A stretch of 50,418 nt of DNA. Origin: a bacterium. Lineage in GTDB: Bacteria; Patescibacteriota; Minisyncoccia; Phycocordibacterales; UBA9973. The notes under the pieces were generated by a model. It saw only the letters and a program-made list of their open reading frames with translations. It did not search any database and was not told where the DNA came from. Both the position numbers and the translations under genes were made by a program. The DNA lies in NCBI GenBank assembly GCA_037200905.1, contig JBBCGN010000006.1, positions 1 through 50,418 of the forward strand. Reading direction: 5' to 3'. Below are positions 32,252 through 41,329 of the stretch, piece after piece (within the stretch, counting starts at the first letter, position 1; the number at the start of each line of letters is the position of its first letter).

Positions 32252-32845
32252 CTATTCCGCCTTCTCGCGCTTTCCGATCTCTTCCAGGATCTTCGGAATC
32301 TTCCTGAAATCATTCATGAGCGTCTCGCGCATCGAGCCGTCGTAGAGCGCGGCGGCCGGATGGTAGAGGGCGTAGAAATATTTCGTGGGCATGCCGTTGA
32401 ACTGCTTCACCAATAATTTGCCGTGGGCCTTGGAAATCTGCTCGGCAGGGAAGAAGTTGTTCATGGCATGGCGGCCGAGGAAGACGATGAGCTTCGGCCC
32501 GATGATCTTGAGCTCGCCGAGCAGCCATTCCCGGCAGGCGGCTTTCTCTTCGGGCAGGGGATCGCGGTTGTTCGGCGGACGGTATTTCACGATGTTGGTG
32601 ATATAGACGTCCTCGCGCGCGAGATTGATGGCCTGGAGCATCTCCGCCAGGAATTTCCCCGCCGCGCCCACGAACGGCCGGCCCTGCTCGTCCTCGCTCT
32701 TGCCCGGCGCCTCGCCGATGAAAACGATGTCCGCATCGGCGCTGCCGTCGCCCGGTACGGGCTGCGTGGCCGTCCGCTTCAGCTCGCACTCGCATTCCGC
32801 GAACCATTTCCGGTGCCAGGCGTCGAGTTTCTCCCTTTTGTCCAT
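32252..32845 (-). CDS. Uracil-DNA glycosylase family 4
   Basis: FIGEAPG, FVGAAG, YITNIVKYRPPNNRDP, YHPAAALY. Confidence 0.93.
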   Translation of the reverse strand: MDKREKLDAWHRKWFAECECELKRTATQPVPGDGSADADIVFIGEAPGKSEDEQGRPFVGAAGKFLAEMLQAINLAREDVYITNIVKYRPPNNRDPLPEEKAACREWLLGELKIIGPKLIVFLGRHAMNNFFPAEQISKAHGKLLVKQFNGMPTKYFYALYHPAAALYDGSMRETLMNDFRKIPKILEEIGKREKAE

Positions 32846-33042
32846 CCCGTTAGAAGCAGGTCGCGGTCAGGCCGTGACTGCTTGAAATTAAGGAATAATA
32901 TGTGCGACTGCGGCTTCTAATGGGATCCATGCTCTCAATTATAGCCGAAAAGGCCGGCAGGTACAGTTCATTGACTTTTACCCCACATGTGCTATGATAC
33001 TCGACGGTAAAATGATTTTGTACTTAAAAACCAAATTGAATT

Positions 33043-33357
33043 ATGCTGAAAAGACATCGCCAGACTGCAGAGCACATGATGAACATCTTCCAATTCCCGG
33101 GAGAAAGCGATCTCGAATACCGCAAAAGGGTATTCTTGCACGCGTATCCCTACGGCGACTTGTTCGCCGTAGAAGCCCTCTTTGCAGTCAACGATTGGAG
33201 AAATCTGTCCTCCGATGACAAGAGATTCATGGAGAAGGCGAAACAGACCTTTGACTCCGGCGGCATGATCGCGCTGCGGGCCCTCGTCGATTCCTTCGCC
33301 GAAGATCCCAGGCGATCGTACGCGCCACCGCATGAGAATGAGGCTGTGCGCGCATAA
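33043..33357 (+). CDS. Hypothetical protein
   Basis: Intact 104-aa ORF with promoter and palindromic terminator AAAACCCGGAACTAGTTCCGGGTTTT. Confidence 0.55.
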   Translation: MLKRHRQTAEHMMNIFQFPGESDLEYRKRVFLHAYPYGDLFAVEALFAVNDWRNLSSDDKRFMEKAKQTFDSGGMIALRALVDSFAEDPRRSYAPPHENEAVRA

Positions 33358-33559
33358 TGGCCGCACCAAAACCCGGAACTAGTTCCGGGTTTTTATTTTT
33401 GGACTAATCATCGAAGGAAGCCGCTATATATTGACAAATAACATAAACATGGCAAAATGGCTATGAAAAAAATTATCTTTGATCTTCAAAATCAACCTTG
33501 TTGAATTGCATGTTGACTTTTGTATATTAAAATGCACAATAAAGCGAAACTTATTTACA

Positions 33560-33910
33560 ATGAAAACAGAAAAAATACTTGAAGGTGCAATTCACCTTGA
33601 CAAGCTCATGGGCATTCAGGTTGCCGTCGTTCACCATCTAGGTACTGATGCGTTCAGCAGACCCCAAACAGGTTGCACGTATTATCAAGTCATCAATGAA
33701 TACGACCTTGGTAATTACGACGACATTGAAGATGGTGCGGAAGTGACCTTCAAAGTTGAAGAGCCGGGGATAAGCATCTACCGCTTCGGGGTCACGCAGA
33801 CTCGCTCTCAGTGCACCATTTTGACAATCAAGCGCAAAGGACAAATCATTGAAACTACCGACTACAGGTATGAAAAAGAGTACAGTAAACAAAAATCCGT
33901 GATTGTCTGA
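33560..33910 (+). CDS. Hypothetical protein (cassette gene)
   Basis: Intact ORF from MKTEKILEG, with TTGACT promoter and terminator. Confidence 0.6.
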   Translation: MKTEKILEGAIHLDKLMGIQVAVVHHLGTDAFSRPQTGCTYYQVINEYDLGNYDDIEDGAEVTFKVEEPGISIYRFGVTQTRSQCTILTIKRKGQIIETTDYRYEKEYSKQKSVIV

Positions 33911-34070
33911 TATTTATTAGTTTTTCAAAGCCGAACCGAAAGGACGGCTTTTTATTTTGTGAGCCTATGACCAGTAGAGACTTCTGGTCCCTTGCCCTAT
34001 AAAGCTATGCAAGACTTTGTCAGTGTATTATTTCGACCCTTCTCGGCTGCTCGGACCAGCTCTCTCATTG

Positions 34071-34149
34071 GTGAGCCTAGTGGTGCGGAATTGGAACTGG
34101 ATAGTAGGGGAAGAATATAAGGGGATTTACGATTACATTATACTATTGA
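34071..34149 (+). repeat. tRNA-Glu-linked att-like repeat (copy F)
   Basis: GTGAGCCTAGTGGTGCGGAATTGGAACTGGATAGTAGGG..AATATAAGGGGATTT...TATTGA. Confidence 0.8.
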
Positions 34150-34212
34150 CTTTTAATATATAATGTGATATTGTATATTTGAAATAAGCTTTTAAAACTA
34201 AAAATCAATAAA

Positions 34213-34554
34213 ATGGATAAAACAGATTTCGAATCAGAGAACTGGTTCATTACCCGCTACGATAAACATCACGGTGTAAGAATTAGTAAACGGGAAGATG
34301 ACAAAGTCATTTATGACATTGAATGCATGATAAAATACGGAATGTACGGTGTCACACCAACGAATGATACTCCAAAGATAGTACACGAATTACTATCAAT
34401 AACCGGAGTAAATCTTGTTGCTTATGATCCTCGTCCAGAGAAAGCCTGTGTTCGATTCATCAACGTTAACTCTTATTACAGAGAGAATGAGGTTCTCAAC
34501 CCTGCTAAGTTTATTTTGTCGAAATACAAAAACAGAGAACCCGTTCTTTATTGA
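34213..34554 (+). CDS. Hypothetical protein (cassette gene)
   Basis: Intact 113-aa AT-rich ORF after copy F and its promoter. Confidence 0.65.
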   Translation: MDKTDFESENWFITRYDKHHGVRISKREDDKVIYDIECMIKYGMYGVTPTNDTPKIVHELLSITGVNLVAYDPRPEKACVRFINVNSYYRENEVLNPAKFILSKYKNREPVLY

Positions 34555-34704
34555 TTAAGAATTTATAAATCCTTTGACCATAATGGTTGAAGGATTTTTT
34601 CTTATAGTAGCTCGAACCTTCTCGTACACCCGGTAAAGTTCGAATAAATTATTGACATAACTACAAAGTATGTTATACTGTACTTAAATTTAAAATAAAC
34701 AACA

Positions 34705-34995
34705 ATGCATCAAATCATTATTGTAGGCGCTGTAATCCTTGTAGGAATTCTCGCCATTTTGTTCTTCATGGTTTGGCTTCTATGGTTCAGAAGCTCTAAA
34801 GACTCTGTTTGGCCACAAATCACCAAATGTAATATCTGTGACAAGCAGGTATACGTGTGGCAGCTGCACGAACGCAGGAATATGGATATATCCATTTCAG
34901 GAGATATATTTCTGGGCAATATTTCCGGCTCAGCGATTGTTCATAAAAAATGTGAAGGTAGTCCGAAATCCAAAGTCACTGTAAACAGAGGTTAA
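34705..34995 (+). CDS. Small membrane-anchored protein with CxxC...HxxC motif
   Basis: N-terminal TM, KCNICDK, HKKCEG. Confidence 0.6.
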   Translation: MHQIIIVGAVILVGILAILFFMVWLLWFRSSKDSVWPQITKCNICDKQVYVWQLHERRNMDISISGDIFLGNISGSAIVHKKCEGSPKSKVTVNRG

Positions 34996-35106
34996 AAAAA
35001 CATCCGATGTCCGCTATATGTATATGGCGGACATTTTTTATTTGCTTCAATTATATCTCTTTTTCCAGATCTCGTAGCTATGCAAGCTTACCGAATTATT
35101 GCCTCA

Positions 35107-35154
35107 ACGCTACTCGAGCGCTCTCTAAAAGGTGAGGATTCAGCAGGTAGAACC
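35107..35154 (+). repeat. Copy of the tRNA-Glu(CTC) downstream flank plus a decayed tRNA 3' end
   Basis: 35107-35135 matches the reverse complement of 17507-17535 at 27/29 nt. Confidence 0.75.
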
Positions 35155-35239
35155 TTTCGATTCGTTGCCCTGCAAGGTTATTTCTAATAATTAGCGACTA
35201 ACATCCCGACCCTTCTCGTGAGTGTAAATTTTTGCTAGC

Positions 35240-35809
35240 TTAACAAAATTATTTCCTCGGCAATATTTTGAAAATTCATATTACTTGTATCAAAAATCGT
35301 ATGGGGTATAGGAATAATTTTCAGTAATTCGAGTAACTCGTCCTGTTGGCTAGAATAGTATCTAACGATTTCCTCTTGAGTATTTCCTTTTGTATTAACA
35401 TAATTATTCCACTCGTCATCTCTATGGGATTGAGCCAGAGAATTCTTTCTTCAAGTTTATTATTTGGTATCTCTAGGAAACAAATCTGTGCACTATTTTC
35501 CAATAACAAAGAAGCGCTTTCTGTGAAATCTTCGATATGTGCTCTAGTGCGCCAGATATGAGTAAGATAGAGACGGTCAAAAATAAGTATGCCTTTGCTC
35601 GAAGAAAGATATCTATTTAAAAGACCTGTAATATGGTCATTTGCTGTTACTGGATCAGTATTTTGAAGCAATGGCATTAGAGTTTCTTCCTCGCCGATAA
35701 ATGTGTAATCAAGTCCTCTTCGAGTGAGTATCTTTTCTAGTTCATTCTTCACGGAAGTTTTACCGCTAGTGGCGATGCCCTCAAGCATGATAATGCTAGT
35801 TTTCTTCAT
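35240..35809 (-). CDS. Thymidylate-kinase-like P-loop kinase, 3' end frameshifted
   Basis: IIMLEGIATSGKTS, LIFDR, ERIL. Confidence 0.65.
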
Positions 35810-35835
35810 AATATTCTAAAATAAAATCTTGTAAT

Positions 35836-36443
35836 TCAGTCGGGGAAGAGGACTATTCCTTTAAGATTTTCATGCGGTTCCCTTGTAACGTATGACTCAT
35901 CGTGAGATCCCCAAAGAACAGCAACTGTCGGTATTTTAGCACGGTCGGCTTCTCGAATATCGCCCAGCGTGTCGGTAACAAATAGCATGTCTTCTTTTTT
36001 TATCTGATACTTTTCTTCAATCATGTTAAATTTCTCAACTTTATTTCTTGAAATTTCTGCCGAGGCTACCAAATCAAACATATCTCGTATACCTGCTTTT
36101 TCCAAAAGCGGTAGTAGATTTCGCTCCATAGCAGAAGAATTGATGGTCAAAATGTAATCCTTTGCTTGAGGAATTTTAGTAATTCAAACATTCCGTCATA
36201 CATTCCGACTTCTAATTTTTGTTGTGAGTATGCCAGTTTTCTTGATTCTTTTTCTTCCTCTGTCCGAATAACGGCAGTATTGTTGAGTTTGAACTTCCGT
36301 ATTTCTTCATGGAAGTTCCCGGCCAATAACTCTTTGTGATGGCTTCTTGTCAGATAAGGATAATCTTCTAGAAAAGCATTCTCAGCAATTGTTACAGAGT
36401 CAAAGAGAACCCCGTCCATATCGAAGATGATCAATTTTTTCAT
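35836..36443 (-). CDS. HAD-superfamily hydrolase, frameshifted
   Basis: IIFDMDGVLFDS, LTINS, FVTDTLGDI, AVLWG. Confidence 0.85.
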
Positions 36444-36497
36444 ATATCTGATTATATCAGAAGAGTCTATTTCTGAGTTTCTCGTGCGCGCTGCTGT

Positions 36498-36572
36498 TGG
36501 TGACCCTACAGGGAATCGAACCCTGATTACCGCCTTGAAAAGGCGATGTCCTAACCGTTAGACGATAGGGCC
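36498..36572 (-). tRNA. tRNA-Glu(TTC)
   Basis: Cloverleaf, anticodon loop TT-TTC-AA, encoded CCA. Nearly identical to 17437..17512. Confidence 0.95.
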
Positions 36573-36809
36573 ATGTAAAACTAAAGCAGAAATATAATAG
36601 CATTTTTGGGCCAAATTGCAAAAATAAAACGCCTCCTTTATAGGAAGCGTGTAATCCTTGCTGACCCCTGCATCAATGCGGATGCAGGGTATTTCGCAGG
36701 GAATCGATGTTCATGTAGTCTATCTCTACCACTTCTCCCCGGTATACATGCAGCCTTTTTTCTCTGACTAGCAGGGAATCGCCCGGCAGGTCGAGGGCGT
36801 ACCAGGTGG

Positions 36810-37076
36810 TCAAAAGAGTGACGTGTCTTTGCCGAGCCAGAATCTGTCGCCGACGCTGATCTTCCGCTTTCCCAGCCAGGGGAATGACGGATACTCGGGG
36901 TTCGCCTCCGGCCCGGCTTTTATGACGATGTCATAACTGCCCGGCTTGTCTCCGGGCTCGACCGAAGAGACTTTCGTGTAGGCGGCCTCGGTCGTGAGGA
37001 TTGCGGCGATGCCGATGCCAACCAGCAGCACGAAGAAGATCGCGATAGTCGTTACGGAAAGATTGAATTTCTTCAT
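36810..37076 (-). CDS. Small membrane-anchored hypothetical protein
   Basis: 88-aa ORF with N-terminal TM and TTGACA..TATAAT promoter. Confidence 0.6.
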   Translation of the reverse strand: MKKFNLSVTTIAIFFVLLVGIGIAAILTTEAAYTKVSSVEPGDKPGSYDIVIKAGPEANPEYPSFPWLGKRKISVGDRFWLGKDTSLF

Positions 37077-37176
37077 TATTCGAGGTTTTTGAGTTTACAA
37101 ATAGTTCTTGATTTTCATTATATCATGAAAAGTTATATTGTCAAATAAAAAAGCATCGACCGATACGGTCGATGCT

Positions 37177-37832
37177 TCACGCGATGTGCGGATGCTTCAA
37201 GAAGATCTCTCCGATTTCGTACCAGCTCCTGACGCGGTTCTTGATGCCTGTGACGTTGTCGTGGACGCCGAGCGGATCGTAGAGGCATGCGAATATGTCG
37301 TCCTGCGTCGCGAGGATCTCAGCCGGCGAGTTGTCGATGAAGCCGGCCTTTTTGGCTTCGCGAGGCAGGCCTCTCACGACCACGTCGCTTTTTTGGACGG
37401 TCTTGAACGTCCCGTCCTGCAAGAGTTCCCGCACGCACCGGACATTGTCGACGGAGTCCGGGATCTGCCTTTTGACGACATGATTGATGACGTCCAGGCC
37501 GCGGCGCTCCCTGCCTGTCACGATCCAGATGGTGTATCTTTTGGCCAGGCGGGGAAGCACTCGGACCATGTCGGGATCCATGGGCTGCACGTCTGCATGC
37601 AGCTCGTACGAAGGCAGGAGATGGATGCTGGCATCGCGGTATATCTCTTCTCGCGTGGGACGCTTGTCTTCGGAAAGTATTTTCCTATCGCCTCCTCAAG
37701 GGGCTGCTCGCGTATGTAATCCCCGAGGCACGAGCTGATACTGTACCGCTTATTGAAGTAGCTGATATATACGGCCAGCGTGTCGAACATCGTTTGGTCG
37801 AAATCTAAGAACAAGAACGGTTTTTCGGTCAT
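37177..37832 (-). CDS. 5'(3')-deoxyribonucleotidase-like HAD phosphatase (NT5C-like), frameshifted
   Basis: FLDFDQTMFDT, IVTGR, KSDVV, FIDNS, SWYEI. Confidence 0.75.
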
Positions 37833-37908
37833 GTCGGTAAGTTTTAATCCTTGCCAAGTCTAGCACTTTAAAAAATATCGTCAAATGAATCTTAATGTGG
37901 ATTTAATG

Positions 37909-37936
37909 TTGATAGTGGGGATAAATATGCTACAAT
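37909..37936 (+). promoter_or_regulatory. Sigma70 promoter for the structured RNA and tRNA-Ser
   Basis: TTGATA, 16 nt, then TACAAT preceded by TG (extended -10). Confidence 0.6.
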
Positions 37937-37947
37937 AGCCGAGCTAA

Positions 37948-38068
37948 GGAGACGTGGCTATGAGATATGAACTGCTTCATATCTCATCCGGTTCCGCGAA
38001 GCGGAAAGAGCCGTTGCCATAGGCAGGCTCTAGGGAAGGGCCCGAGAAGGGCACGAAGCCCGTCTCCG
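37948..38068 (+). ncRNA. Candidate tRNA-Ser-like multi-hairpin RNA, unclassified
   Basis: GGAGACG..CGTCTCC-G closing stem identical to the tRNA-Ser acceptor stem, enclosing several hairpins. No canonical anticodon loop or T-loop. Confidence 0.5.
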
Positions 38069-38078
38069 AGCATAGCGA

Positions 38079-38168
38079 GGAGACGTGGCTGAGTGGTTGA
38101 AGGCACTGGTTTCGAAAACCAGCATATGGGAAACCGTATCGTGAGTTCAAATCTCACCGTCTCCGCCA
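38079..38168 (+). tRNA. tRNA-Ser(CGA)
   Basis: CTGGT-TTCGAAA-ACCAG anticodon arm, long variable arm, G discriminator, CCA. Confidence 0.95.
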
Positions 38169-38266
38169 GTAGTTTTGAAAAGTAACAGTAAAAATTGCCT
38201 TATTTTGGGCTATATTTCAAAACCAGAAATTGCTAAAATAGGTCAACCCTGAAGGGATTCGAACTT

Positions 38267-39009
38267 ATGGATAAAACGCAATTTATAAAAACCTGTAATC
38301 AGCTTCTTGAGGCATACGAAACAGGTTTGCTTGGACAAACCGTGATGCCTGAGGATTCCAATCTGGAATTGAAAAGATGGATCGAGAAGATCGCATCGCG
38401 TATTTTACGCTCCCGATGGCACTTAACTATCAGCGTGATAGCTATAAACTTTGGGAAGCTGCCCTAAAGACTTTTAATGATCCCGAAACTCGATTCGTAT
38501 TCGATGTTGAGAAAGTCTCAAAAAGCTCAGAGGACGAGGTTCGAGCCGCGTTAATGAAATACAAAGTCGCGCTTCAACCGAATAAGCATGTAAATACGTG
38601 GCGCACGATAGCAAAGACCATCTATGAAAATTGGGGATCGTTCACGAAATTCTTTGATGCGACTGAAGGAGATTTTCTTGCTCTCAAAGAAATAGTGAAT
38701 ATAGATCATAAAAAGGGATTTCCATATCTATCAGGTCCAAAGATATTTAACTATTGGTCATTCATAATAAGTACCTACGGCGGAGTTTTTCTTATGAATC
38801 GAGATCATATAGAAATTGCTCCCGATACTCATATCACACAGTGTTCAGTAAAGCTTGGAGTAATTACCTCCGATGAAGCGCTATCACTTACAAAAGATGT
38901 AATCTCTGCAAAATGGCGCGAATTACTGAAAGAAAGTGGAATCGATCCGATCGACATGCACCCGCCACTTTGGTTCTGGAGTAGAAACGGCTTTCTTTAC
39001 CAGAATTAG
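38267..39009 (+). CDS. Hypothetical protein with HhH-GPD (DNA glycosylase)-like motifs, frameshifted near 38360
   Basis: GFPYLSGPKIFNYW and IAPDTHI resemble the HhH and (A/P)VDTHV motifs. Confidence 0.5.
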
Positions 39010-39060
39010 ATATTTTAGTTACCCTATACAAAACAGTATAGAATCCGTAAAATAATCACC

Positions 39061-39243
39061 ATGACAAAGCCCAAGCAAGTTAAAAATCATGCTGGTATCT
39101 CACTAGAACGTCTGGCGGAGCTTCGACATGCCACACTTATAGCTTCTACTGGTTCGTCACTTCGTCTCTCTGGCTCAAAAGTCACCAACAAACAGGTCGA
39201 GCAGATTTTGAACGCAATCAGTAAACCTTCTGGGCAAAAGTAG
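39061..39243 (+). CDS. 60-aa protein resembling a Fic-family N-terminal segment
   Basis: ATLIASTGSSLRLSGSKVTNKQVEQIL resembles the SIGSSTRIEGS..VE.LL pattern, from recall. Confidence 0.35.
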   Translation: MTKPKQVKNHAGISLERLAELRHATLIASTGSSLRLSGSKVTNKQVEQILNAISKPSGQK

Positions 39244-39582
39244 GAACATCAAATAAGGCAGGGTTTTCTTTGTATATTTGTCTTAGGTTCCGTATAATTC
39301 TGTCTAAGTTCGCGAAATTGAGCCGCTTCGGTTCAAAGTTGTGCCAACCATCACCGCAGTTTTGAACGCAGTGAGAAACTGCGGAGCGAGCGAGCAAACT
39401 GCTTTGCTCGCGTGTGAGGTTTGAACGACGGAGTGTGAAATTTTCAGTAGGAAATTTCCACAAGTCGGTGCCCAGACCGGAATTTTTCGACGGAAAAATT
39501 CCGAATCGCGGGCAAATCTCACCGTCCTCCGCAAAAAGAAAAGCCCTTGCATGTATATACATGCAAGGGCTTTCGGATTGCC

Positions 39583-40005
39583 TTACTGCAAGCCGGTAGA
39601 TTCGGTCTTCGAAACTTGCTTTTCTGTTTTCGTGAATGCCACCACGACTGCAATAATGTAAAAGACGATCGCAATGATGATGAGCCATGCTTTATTCGGC
39701 GCCTCGTGGCTGTAATACAAGAAGAAGTAGCCGGCAGCGGCAAATGCGGGGGAGATAAGCCGGGCCTTCTCATGGCTGGCTTCGCTCGCGATGCTTTTCG
39801 CGTCCCATTTGGGATATTCTTTTCGCAGCATCTTTTTGTAAGGGAAAAAAGGTACCAACAGGATGCTTGGTAGTACTCCGAGACTTGCAAAGAGCTGGAG
39901 CGCGGAATAATGCTCCGCATGCAAGGAATTGGATAAGCTGAAGATCGAGCAGAGGACGATGATATACAGCCCGCCGACCCATAGGAAAGTGTGAAGCATT
40001 CTCAT
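39583..40005 (-). CDS. Four-TM membrane protein
   Basis: Intact hydrophobic 140-aa ORF. Confidence 0.6.
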   Translation of the reverse strand: MRMLHTFLWVGGLYIIVLCSIFSLSNSLHAEHYSALQLFASLGVLPSILLVPFFPYKKMLRKEYPKWDAKSIASEASHEKARLISPAFAAAGYFFLYYSHEAPNKAWLIIIAIVFYIIAVVVAFTKTEKQVSKTESTGLQ

Positions 40006-40110
40006 GACGTATATGTTTTTGTTTAAAGAAGGGTTACAGGATATATTATAACCATAAAAAGCTATTTGTCAAACAAGTCTAGTATGGGCATTGTATAGTA
40101 TAATCAGGCC

Positions 40111-41267
40111 ATGGATTACTATAAAAAATCAGTGGCCCTGCACAAGAAATTGAAAGGCAAGCTTGAAGTCCGTTCGAAAGTTTCGATAAAAAATAAACAG
40201 GATTTGTCTCTGGCATACACTCCCGGCGTGGCCGAAGTCTCCCGCGTGCTCGCCAAGAACAAGAATCTCGCCCGCGAGCTGACTCTGAAATCAAACTCCG
40301 TTGCCGTCGTTTCCGACGGCTCTGCCGTGCTCGGCCTGGGCAATATCGGCCCATACGGCGCATTGCCGGTGATGGAAGGCAAGGCCGTGCTCTTCAAGGA
40401 ATTTGGCGGTGTGGATGCATATCCGATATGCCTCGATACCCAAGATACCGAAGAAATAATAAAAATTGTGAAAGCTATCGCGCCAGGGTTTGGCGGCATA
40501 AACTTGGAAGATATTTCTGCGCCGCGATGCTTTGAAATAGAGGAACGGCTCAAAAAAGAATTAGATATCCCGGTGATGCATGACGACCAGCACGGCACGG
40601 CTATCGTGGTGCTTGCGGCCCTCATCAACGCCCTCAAGGTCGTGAATAAGAAGAAAGAGAAAGTAAGAATCGTTATAAATGGCGCCGGTTCGGCGGCTAT
40701 CGCCATCGCGAACTTGATGATGGAATACGGCGTCACCGGCGGCAATATCATCATGGTGGACTCGAAAGGCGCCATACACAAGAAAAGGAGCGATTTGAAC
40801 ATATATAAAGCGAAAATTGCCGGCAAGACCAATGCCTTGAAAATATCAGGCGGACTCGATGAGGCCTTGGTGAACGCCGATGTCTTTATCGGCGTATCGG
40901 TGGCTGATACCTTAAAACCCGAAGTTGTGGATACCATGGCTCGCGATCCGATAGTCTTTGCAATGGCGAATCCGAATCCAGAGATAAGCATGGAGAATGC
41001 CAAGAAGACCAAGATCAAAGTCTTTGGCACGGGCCGCAGGCGACTATCCGAATCAGATCAACAATGTCCTTGCTTTTCCCGGCATTTTCCGCGGGAGCGC
41101 TCGACAGCGGGGCCAAGCAGATCACGGAGAAGATGAAACTCGCTTCTGCGGAAGCTATCGCTAAGCTCGTCTCAAAGAAAGAATTGTCGCCGAACTATGT
41201 CATTCCCAATCCGTTCGATAAAAGGGTAGCCAAAGCCGTGGCCCGGGCCGTAGCTTCCAAGAAATAA
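40111..41267 (+). CDS. NAD(P)-dependent malic enzyme, frameshifted near 41035
   Basis: LSLAYTPGVA, DGSAVLGLGNIG, MEGKAVLFK, INLEDI, HDDQHGTA, AMANP, NNVLAFPG. Confidence 0.93.
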
Positions 41268-41284
41268 AAAAGAAAGAATTTGAA

Positions 41285-41320
41285 ACAAAAAAACTCCGGC
41301 TCAAACCGGAGTTTTTTTCA
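41285..41320. terminator. Bidirectional intrinsic terminator
   Basis: AAAAAAACTCCGG-ctcaaa-CCGGAGTTTTTTT between convergent genes. Confidence 0.8.
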
Positions 41321-41329
41321 TTGTGCAAG

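Noticed and set aside
17437-36572. Inversion between the two tRNA-Glu genes as the cause of the mirror array
   Set aside because: Such an inversion would flip only the internal segment and leave 14-17 kb on the tRNA 5' side. The interval also contains the valS/dedA break.
37948-38068. tRNA-Sec or a second canonical tRNA
   Set aside because: No TCA or other 7-nt anticodon loop with U33, no TTC T-loop, and no sel genes in the window.
40119-41030. Long antisense ORFs (also 10070..11542, 11928..13319, 42810..43577, 5128..6024)
   Set aside because: They are shadow frames opposite well-supported genes, with no motifs.
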